NCBI GenBank assembly: GCA_964485795.1
Contig: CAZAJQ010000001.1
Location: forward strand, 142,014-206,013
Origin: an uncultured Gammaproteobacteria bacterium
GTDB taxonomy: Bacteria; Patescibacteriota; Patescibacteriia; VMEV01; CAZAJQ01
Length of the DNA stretch: 64,000 bases
Reading direction: 5' to 3'
Below, one piece after another: positions 57,035 to 64,000 of this stretch. The stretch's first letter is position 1; the number at the start of each line of letters is the position of its first letter. The notes under the pieces are model-generated. The model saw only the letters and a program-made list of their open reading frames with translations. It had not been told where the DNA came from and made no database searches. The position numbers and the translations under genes were made by a program.

Positions 57035-60000
57035 ATGAATTTGGATGAACTGAAAATGTTTCTGCCGAAACAGGCAGCTATTATGGGGATCAAAGACATT
57101 CATACGAAAAACTTCAAAGTTCTATTCGCTGAAGTGTATGAAAGATTGGGACAATTCTTGAGGCTCTGCACACAAGAAAAGATTCCATTTTCGGATTATC
57201 TCTTGCAATTTGTCCGAGGCACGGAGTGCGGCTATCGGTACACGCCGGCTCATATTCTTGAACATGTTCTCAAACAAAGGGCATGTTATACGAATTGCCA
57301 AGACTTGATGGAGGATTATCCGGGGTTGAAGGATAAAATTGAATTACCGGCTTGCTCAAAATGCGGACTGCCAAAGCTTCCCTGTTACTGCGGTAATTTT
57401 CATTTTTGCCATTACTGCAAGACGGAAGAGATATTTCTTGTAGCATTGATAGCGAAGCTGGGACTCAATGTTGACCTCAACACAGCGGAAACAATTGAAA
57501 ATTTCAAGCATTATCTTTTCTATCAGTATGTCGCGAATATGCTTGAAATACTCGACGGGTGGAATTTTTTACCCCCCAGAGGAGGAATTCGCTCCTTGAT
57601 GGAGGACAAAATGAAACTCACCTGCTGCACATGGGGAAGACCTGATCTTTCGAAACTCACTCGCGCTCGCTGCGGAGGGCATGACTGCAACGGTGGAAAA
57701 GGATGTCTCATCATCACTTGCAAACCCTGTAATCAAAGTCGCGGAAGTCGCTGCGGACGCATCATCGGAGGCGTGACGACGATCGCGGTGGACACTCAAA
57801 GCGCCACTCCGATTGAAAACAGAGCTACGCAAATTGCAATCCCGATCGTTTCGCAACAGTCTCCACCGCAGCAGTCGCAACAAAAAAGCGAGGAAGCATT
57901 ACTCGAAGCCATGCTTGGAGATGATATGATCACGGGAAATGAAAACGAAAATCCCGAATTGTATCAAAGCGGTGAATTCGATGTTGACCCTACCCTTTTT
58001 CGGGAACCAACCGAAGAAGAAGGAGAAGAAAAGAAAACATCCAAAAATGAAGAACAAAAGGCTATCGTCTTCGATGAAATGCCTTTTTGGATGCAAGCGT
58101 TTTCCGTTTCGACGCACGATTTCAAACGAAAGTATCCGATACTTTCAAATGCGATCTTCATCGGGTTGATCTGCTCCATGTCTTATTTTATCATCAGGAT
58201 TCCGAGTATCATGGCCGTCATCGACTTTCCGGCATGGTTTGGGTATGCGATCATGGTGCTCTTCGGCATTCTCAATGTCGGCTTTGCCTTGGCGGTCTTT
58301 TCGCACTCGATGGCCGTTTTTTTTCAAACCGGGTTGCTCATTATGTGGAAAATAATGCCATGGAGTCTCTGGGACGCTTTTTGCGCATGGAGGCTGAAAA
58401 ACGCCTATCTTGCAAAAGAAGCCAAGCTCAAAGAGGAAATGGTGTATCTTCGGAAGGGAAAAGAAAAACTTGAAAAACGAAAAACGTTTTTCAAGATGGC
58501 AATGGTGCAGCCGCTCGCTTCAAAGAGGAGAATAAAGCTCTCTGAAGCGAACAAAAAACTCAATGCCGTGATCGCCTGCAATGCCGCTACGAATGAAGTC
58601 GTATCGCTTTTTGAACTGCTTTTGAAATGGTCATCGTCAAAGACCTATCAGATCTTCGGGGACATGCTTGTGCAAGCGCATGAAAGATTCAAAAGCATGA
58701 ATCTCGAAACTCAAACCGGGAAACTTCAAGTATTGGCCGAACGGCTCAATACCGCCATTTCCTGCGCCGAGATGGAAAAAACTTTTTCGGATTGGAAAGA
58801 AACGATCAAAGATAATGTGAACGAATTCTCCGACAACACTGAGTTGGTGGAAAGAAGCAGGAAATGTTACAAAGATTGGGAGGCGGAAGGAATAGACGAG
58901 AAGCGGCTTGCCGAGCGATTTGCGACGATGAGAAAGCTCATCGCTGAAACGCGAAGTATCTCCGCCGATATTCAAAAGCATGCTCGCGAAAAAGAGCGAG
59001 AAAAGTTGAATGATGGAAAAAAGGCTGAAAGAGAAAAATTCAAAGAAACGAAAAAGCGTCTCAAGCAAGAGCACGCTCTTCGCTGGAAGGAGAAAAAAAT
59101 GAATAGAGCTGGATATCTGTTTTGCACGCTCTATGCTCTCTTTGTACTCTTCGCAGTGATCAAACTCGAAGAGAAAAAAGAGGCGGAATCGGAAAAAATG
59201 AAACTCAGCATCCAAAAGGATGCGGAAAAACTTTTTCTCACGGCCGTCGAAAACCGTGATGCCGAGCTGACTCGGGCAAACGAAATTATCGACGGAAAAT
59301 TTTCCAATGATCAGGTTTATAAAAACTTGAAAGAAGTCGTCAAATGGCAACTGAAAAAGCTTGAAGAAAGCGGCCAAAAAATTGATGCTTTGGAAAAAGA
59401 AAGCGACAGTCTCAATGAAAAGCTCAAGGAAGAAAAAGTGAGTAAAGATAGGCTTGCCGCTCTCCTCAAAGATCAGAAAAAACTTGAAGAGCAAATTTCC
59501 AAACTTCAAAAGAAATATTCCGGACTCGAAAATTCCCACAAAGAGTTACAGGGAAAATTGGGAGACCAGAATACTCTCAAAAGCAAGCTTAAAACTTCGG
59601 AAGAGGAAAAGAAAAAGTTCAAAGAGCAGAATGAAGCTCTTACCAAGACCGTGGAGGATATTCGTCAGAGGCTTGGTGATCAAAAGAAACTCAATGACGA
59701 AATGGTTTCTCTGAAGTCGAAGAATGCAACGCTTGACGGAAAATTCAATACGCTTACCGGAGAGCACAATCTTCTCCTCGATAAGCTCAAGAATCAAGAA
59801 GCCCTCCTCAAACGCATTTCCGAGCTTGAAGCTGAAATCCGAAGTCAAAAGGTTCAAATCGCGGAGTTGGAAAAAGCTCTCAAAGAAGCACAAAACGCAA
59901 CGACCCTCGCTTCTCTGAAAGTTCCAGCACTCGAAGCTTCTTCCGAAGAAGCCAAGAGCAGGATCAAGGCTTATGAAACTCAACGGAAATTGATCGCCCT

Positions 60001-60112
60001 GAAGTACAAAAAAGAGCTTGAGGAAAAGCTCAAAAAGCTTCAACCTCAAGACGCAGACGGAAAAAAGAAGCTGGAAAGCAAAATCCAGCTACTACAAAAA
60101 ATCATTGAATAA
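57035..60112 (+). CDS. Large orphan protein: Cys-rich N-terminal domain, TM segments, long coiled coil
   Basis: Open 1025-codon frame; GAGGAAG-AAAAAA-ATG; possible internal start at 59099. Confidence 0.8.
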   Translation: MNLDELKMFLPKQAAIMGIKDIHTKNFKVLFAEVYERLGQFLRLCTQEKIPFSDYLLQFVRGTECGYRYTPAHILEHVLKQRACYTNCQDLMEDYPGLKDKIELPACSKCGLPKLPCYCGNFHFCHYCKTEEIFLVALIAKLGLNVDLNTAETIENFKHYLFYQYVANMLEILDGWNFLPPRGGIRSLMEDKMKLTCCTWGRPDLSKLTRARCGGHDCNGGKGCLIITCKPCNQSRGSRCGRIIGGVTTIAVDTQSATPIENRATQIAIPIVSQQSPPQQSQQKSEEALLEAMLGDDMITGNENENPELYQSGEFDVDPTLFREPTEEEGEEKKTSKNEEQKAIVFDEMPFWMQAFSVSTHDFKRKYPILSNAIFIGLICSMSYFIIRIPSIMAVIDFPAWFGYAIMVLFGILNVGFALAVFSHSMAVFFQTGLLIMWKIMPWSLWDAFCAWRLKNAYLAKEAKLKEEMVYLRKGKEKLEKRKTFFKMAMVQPLASKRRIKLSEANKKLNAVIACNAATNEVVSLFELLLKWSSSKTYQIFGDMLVQAHERFKSMNLETQTGKLQVLAERLNTAISCAEMEKTFSDWKETIKDNVNEFSDNTELVERSRKCYKDWEAEGIDEKRLAERFATMRKLIAETRSISADIQKHAREKEREKLNDGKKAEREKFKETKKRLKQEHALRWKEKKMNRAGYLFCTLYALFVLFAVIKLEEKKEAESEKMKLSIQKDAEKLFLTAVENRDAELTRANEIIDGKFSNDQVYKNLKEVVKWQLKKLEESGQKIDALEKESDSLNEKLKEEKVSKDRLAALLKDQKKLEEQISKLQKKYSGLENSHKELQGKLGDQNTLKSKLKTSEEEKKKFKEQNEALTKTVEDIRQRLGDQKKLNDEMVSLKSKNATLDGKFNTLTGEHNLLLDKLKNQEALLKRISELEAEIRSQKVQIAELEKALKEAQNATTLASLKVPALEASSEEAKSRIKAYETQRKLIALKYKKELEEKLKKLQPQDADGKKKLESKIQLLQKIIE

Positions 60113-60146
60113 AAAATGATCCGCGCTACTCGCGAGATCATGAAAC

Positions 60147-60187
60147 GAAAAAGCTCTGTAAATTGTATACAGAGCTTTTCTTTTTTT
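60147..60187. terminator. Bidirectional intrinsic terminator
   Basis: AAAAGCTCTGTA-AATTGTA-TACAGAGCTTTT then a T run, between convergent genes. Confidence 0.8.
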
Positions 60188-60197
60188 CCTTCTCTTT

Positions 60198-60656
60198 TCA
60201 AGACATTCTCTTCTCCGCAAATACGGCTTTCTCAAGCACCACGACTCGCCTCTCAAGCTTCGCAACATCATGATACACCGCCACATCGTCCTCATTGGTA
60301 CGCTTATCAAGCCTGACGAGATTATCTTCGACCCTCTCGAGACGATCATCAATTTTATCAAGACGGTCTTCGATCCTATCAAGACGATTCTCGATGTCGG
60401 AAACCTCTTTCTGAAGGCTCTTGACAGCTGATTCAAGACCGTCCATGCGATGTTCCAGATTTTCCATGCGAACTTCCAATGCATCTATTCGCTTATTCAG
60501 GCTACGTATTTGCTCGCTCACGTCATCAAAAGAGCGCTTGATGATAAGCATTATCTCTTCGATCTTTTGGTCAAGCTTCTGATCGAGTTTTTTCTCAAAT
60601 CGGACTTCAAACTCATCAAACATGGAGCGCAGGACTTGCACGGTTTCATTATCCAT
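60198..60656 (-). CDS. Heptad-repeat coiled-coil protein
   Basis: Regular (R)LD.(I/L)E.R heptads across about 60 aa. Confidence 0.8.
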   Translation of the reverse strand: MDNETVQVLRSMFDEFEVRFEKKLDQKLDQKIEEIMLIIKRSFDDVSEQIRSLNKRIDALEVRMENLEHRMDGLESAVKSLQKEVSDIENRLDRIEDRLDKIDDRLERVEDNLVRLDKRTNEDDVAVYHDVAKLERRVVVLEKAVFAEKRMS

Positions 60657-60748
60657 AGGCGTAGGAGGTTAAGATGAAATAAAAACCTACGTTTCGTACC
60701 TTTCGACCTTTGCTGGGAGTAGGAGCAGTATAGCATGGGGATGACGAG

Positions 60749-60782
60749 AAAAAAAGAACGCCGGAATCGGTGATTCCGGCGT
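60749..60782 (-). terminator. Intrinsic terminator
   Basis: ACGCCGGAATC-GGT-GATTCCGGCGT with a T run on the minus strand. Confidence 0.75.
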
Positions 60783-60796
60783 GGATGGTTGGGAGG

Positions 60797-61297
60797 TTAC
60801 TTGTTATTTTTTTTTTGAAGCTCCTCAAAAGCCCTTTTGGCGGCTTTGTTTTCATCCACCAAACGTTGGAACTCTTCTTTCCAGTAAATCTTATCCTTTA
60901 TTAACTCATTTCTATCCTTGATCAACTCGTTGATTTTCATAGTGTTATTCAACGACTCATTCTCATAGAGTACCTGATGGGGAACCAGCACATGAAAATA
61001 ATACCAATACATCAGGCAAATAAGAATCGGAAGAAAAAGAAAAAAAAGGATTTTCCAGTCTATTAAAGTGATTTCCTCATGCGGAGGCATGAAAATGATC
61101 CTTCCATCATCTTTCTTTTGAAATTCCTCCAAGAAATCATCGAAGGCTTGCTGAGTGATCTGAATCACCGCCTTTTCCTGTTTCTTGAAAAACCCAGATT
61201 TTTCAAGAGCTTTTCTTTCAACGCTTGAGAGGCTCGCTTCTGTCCTAGAACCGATTTTTAGAAGATACTTCAGCTCTTCCAGAGCTTTTTTATCCAT
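60797..61297 (-). CDS. Orphan single-TM protein with C-terminal coiled coil, SD-led
   Basis: GAAGGAC then an A run before ATG 61297; TM ILFFLFLPILICLMYWYYF. Confidence 0.72.
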   Translation of the reverse strand: MDKKALEELKYLLKIGSRTEASLSSVERKALEKSGFFKKQEKAVIQITQQAFDDFLEEFQKKDDGRIIFMPPHEEITLIDWKILFFLFLPILICLMYWYYFHVLVPHQVLYENESLNNTMKINELIKDRNELIKDKIYWKEEFQRLVDENKAAKRAFEELQKKNNK

Positions 61298-61363
61298 TTT
61301 TTTTTGTCCTTCCAAAATAGATTTTTTTTATAAAATGAACATTTACAAACTTTTGAACTATGC

Positions 61364-61392
61364 TTTTTATCATATTTTTATGATTTCGTCAA
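61364..61392 (-). promoter_or_regulatory. Putative promoter (orphan-cassette type)
   Basis: TTGACG-N12-TATGATAAAAA. Confidence 0.6.
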
Positions 61393-61434
61393 ATTCAGCT
61401 CGTCTAAGATCATCTATCGGTGAAGCAACACACT

Positions 61435-61850
61435 GCTTACCATCGAAGCCCCACCCCTCTGCCTTTCAGGCATCTCCCCTTACACAAGGGGAGGTGGCCG
61501 CAGGCCGGAGGGGTGAGTTTCGTGAACATGGGAGCTTAACGTATCCAGGCCGGAGGGGTGAGTTTCGTGAACATGGGAGCTTAACGTGTCCCGAGGTTGC
61601 GCTCCATGGATGAGTGCCTTTTCAACGTTCACTCCCCTGCTTGCCACCGAAGCCCTACCCCTCTGCCTTTCAGGCATCTCCCCTTGTCCAAGGGGAGAAA
61701 TTCATAGTGGTACGGGTTTCCTCCCCTTACACAAGGGGAGGTGGCCGCAGGCCCGGAGGGGTGAGTTTCGTAAACATGGGAGCTTAACGTATCCAGGCCG
61801 GAGGGGTGAGTTTCGTGAACATGGGGATTACCATGTCCCCGGAGGGGTGT
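61435..61850. repeat. Duplicated family B palindromic elements with tandem 45-nt units
   Basis: CAGGCCGGAGGGGTGAGTTTCGTGAACATGGGAGCTTAACGTATC at 61501, 61546, 61748 and partially at 61794; three CTCCCCTT-N4-AAGGGGAG hairpins. Confidence 0.9.
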
Positions 61851-61951
61851 GCTAAACATTTACATGTTTCCTCGTAGTCGTGACTCGTCCTAAATAAAAA
61901 CACCGATATTCCTCCAAATACCGGTGCTAATGATTTTACTCAAAAAAAAAT

Positions 61952-62704
61952 TTAAAGACCAAGGAATCTGCGAACCCACTCTAGCGCATCCTTCACATAA
62001 AGGGATGTGAGTACTCCGAGTACAAAGAAACCGAAGAGGATAACAAAACAGAGCGCGAAGAGCCAAAACCCGAGCTTGTTTTCAACAACCGGGGCGGGCA
62101 TATAGCTCGTTTGAACAGTTACTGTTGAAGGGTTAATCACTGGCTGCTGAAGTTTCTCAAGCTGCACGATGATGGGATGATCATAGGTGAAAGTAGTATC
62201 ACTTTCTCCTATTTCTTCTGGAGTTTTCTTCTTAGTAGAAGAAGCAGAAATTTTTTTCTTTTTCTCAGCTTCCTCCTTAATCGCACCTCTATCCATCAAT
62301 TCGTTATAACTCTCCGCGGAAATCTCATTCACATTGATTATTTTTTTTCCTTCCCTCTCTACAAGGATGCCTTCTTTTTGCATCTCGGAGAATTCGCTAG
62401 CTGAAATTTTATTGATGTCAATCGACACCCATTTTTCCTCCTTGGCTGGAATCTTCTCCCGCACTTTCTTTTCTGCGCCTCCGTCTTTTTTAACATCTTC
62501 TTTTTGCACAGAGTTTTTAACTTCCGGGTTCTCTTTCTCCTTTATCACAATAGCCCCGGAACTCACCATTGATTCGATCTCCTCCTTTGAAAGAGAGGTA
62601 ATATTAATGCTGTCCCCATCTTGTCCCTGAGTGATCAAACGATTTGTAATACATTTCACTAGGAGGGCATTTAAACCCTCCATTTTTTTTAGCTCGATTT
62701 TCAT
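61952..62704 (-). CDS. Orphan protein with three internal repeats and C-terminal TM anchor, SD-led
   Basis: GAAAGGATTTTCTC-ATG; I.I..(I/L)S......M...G repeats; C-terminal hydrophobic helix. Confidence 0.75.
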   Translation of the reverse strand: MKIELKKMEGLNALLVKCITNRLITQGQDGDSINITSLSKEEIESMVSSGAIVIKEKENPEVKNSVQKEDVKKDGGAEKKVREKIPAKEEKWVSIDINKISASEFSEMQKEGILVEREGKKIINVNEISAESYNELMDRGAIKEEAEKKKKISASSTKKKTPEEIGESDTTFTYDHPIIVQLEKLQQPVINPSTVTVQTSYMPAPVVENKLGFWLFALCFVILFGFFVLGVLTSLYVKDALEWVRRFLGL

Positions 62705-62763
62705 GAGAAAATCCTTTCTTTAAAAAATAAAAAAAATAGAACCAAACAATTCAAGAACAAATA

Positions 62764-62792
62764 TTTTTATCATATTTACTTACAAAAGTCAA
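62764..62792 (-). promoter_or_regulatory. Putative promoter (orphan-cassette type)
   Basis: TTGACT-N12-TATGATAAAAA, same geometry as 61364-61392. Confidence 0.6.
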
Positions 62793-62854
62793 TATTTACG
62801 GTTCTCGACTTTTTATCATTTCGCTTATTTGAAAGAAAATACAATCATCGTATC

Positions 62855-62897
62855 AAAAAAAATAAACTCCCTTCATGTTTGAACATGGGGAGTTTAT
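62855..62897 (-). terminator. Intrinsic terminator
   Basis: ATAAACTCCC..CATGTT/AACATG.GGGAGTTTAT stem with a T run on the minus strand. Confidence 0.75.
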
Positions 62898-62915
62898 GTA
62901 TTGAGAAAAAAATTA

Positions 62916-63875
62916 TTATTCCGGATAATGGTGGACATCCTTCCACCATTGAGAATTTTTCCCATTTTTTCCTTCAAATATCTTCTTTTCCGAAGACAAT
63001 TTTGAAGGTTGGGGTACGATGGGAGAGATATATTGGTAAGTGATTTCCCCCCAGCGCTTATGAGCCATTTTGAGCAGCTTGATTCGATATTCCCTAGAAC
63101 GATTGGGAACATAGAGAACTACCCCATCTCCTGCTACTCTGATGAATGTGAACAGCTGTGCCCATGGCTCCTCTCCAAGGCCATATTTCTGACTTGCAAG
63201 TTTCTCGCCTTTGTAAGCACCCCCTGCAAGCCATTTCTTTCCCCTCTCGGAATGGAGCTGCTTGAGATTCTGAGGAGCTTTTTCAAAAAAGCAATAAGCA
63301 TAGTGGCATTCTCCGAAGATTGAAGCGGCCAACCTGATCTTGGCATTTCTATCTTCATAACCTTTGTTTTGAAGATGGAACCCAATTGCCTCCTCGCCAT
63401 TTTTTCCGTTACTGATGACTAAATACGGATAGTCATCAGCCCCCTTTTCAGCTCCCGGATTCTTCACATATTGATCCTCATTATTTGTCTCTGAAGGATC
63501 CGTTTCTTTTTTTTCAGCAACGGGCGCAGCATCTTTTTTGAATTCAGGCTTTGAAATTTCGGAAGATTTTTTGCCTTCAGTGGAACCTTCTTTTTTTGCT
63601 GCAATCGTTGGAGCGGCTTCTTTTTCAGGAGCTTTCAGTGGTTCAGGCTTTTTTTCTAAAACCTTTTCTTCCTTCTTGACTACAGGAGCATCTTTTTTTT
63701 CTTCTTGCTTTGCTACAACAGGAATATCTTTTTTTTTTTTTTTCTTGACTTCATTCGAAGCTTCCTGTTTTTTTGAACCCACTCCCGAATAGAATACTCC
63801 TTATTTTTCAGGAGTAACGCCGCCGACAAAAGTACCGAGCACCAACAGAACCAGCACAAAAATGTTTTTCGTCAT
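62916..63875 (-). pseudogene. Orphan exported protein whose signal peptide is separated by an in-frame TAA (pseudogene, recoded gene or leader peptide plus CDS 62916-63782)
   Basis: ATG 63875 gives MTKNIFVLVLLVLGTFVGGVTPEK*, then GVFYSG continues in frame into the 288-aa ORF. Confidence 0.6.
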
Positions 63876-64000
63876 GGAAAAACCCTTTCCAAAATAAAAA
63901 TAAAATAAGGACAATCACTATATCCCAACCATTCAGCAAAAGCATTTCGCTTTGCTGAAAATATCGGGAAGAGATCAAATCCTTTTAACATATTTTATCA

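Noticed and set aside
61435-61850. Possible CRISPR array
   Set aside because: Units are directly tandem with no unique spacers, belong to a dispersed palindromic family, and no cas genes are present
1-64000. Alternative genetic code 25 (UGA=Gly)
   Set aside because: Conserved genes (recQ, lgt, glyQS, argS, tatD) are full length and end at TGA at the expected C-termini; it also would not explain the TAA at 63801
55743-64000. Prophage
   Set aside because: No terminase, capsid, portal, tail or integrase motifs; genes are monocistronic with their own terminators
1-64000. Diversity-generating retroelement or retron
   Set aside because: No reverse transcriptase and no TR/VR pair differing at adenines was seen

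Overview
A 64-kb chromosomal segment in the standard genetic code, very probably from a Patescibacteria/CPR bacterium (inference). The clues are the CPR-type VirB4/PrgI/VirB6 cluster, pilins with G|QSLLE leaders, alpha2-type GlyRS and mostly SD-less core genes. Positions 1-55 kb are mainly housekeeping and envelope genes: two recQ, a minimal type IV pilus cluster, lgt, VKOR, a UvrD-nuclease fusion, dciA, tatD-cvpA-metG, glyQS, argS, smpB-ssrA-infC-rpmI-rplT, tRNA-Arg(GCG), tRNA-Asp, comF, a T4SS-like operon, and a glycoside-hydrolase/FG-GAP surface protein. Positions 55.7-64 kb are an AT-rich island of proteins I could not assign to any family. The main candidates for something new are: (1) a set of monocistronic orphan exported/membrane protein cassettes that share a promoter geometry (TTGAC-N17 with a TGn-TAAAAA-type -10), an AAGGA Shine-Dalgarno and their own terminators. 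One has an internal SD-led in-frame start; another has its signal peptide cut off by an in-frame TAA inside a hairpin, followed by an A15 tract. (2) Short palindromic repeats that sit in frame inside proteins, one of which encodes and duplicates a prepilin G|FTL cleavage site. (3) RNA oddities: a tRNA-Asp whose flanks extend the acceptor stem by 13 bp, and a 25-codon tmRNA tag. No CRISPR array, rRNA, transposase, integrase or reverse transcriptase was seen. All family calls come from motif recognition by eye, not database searches.
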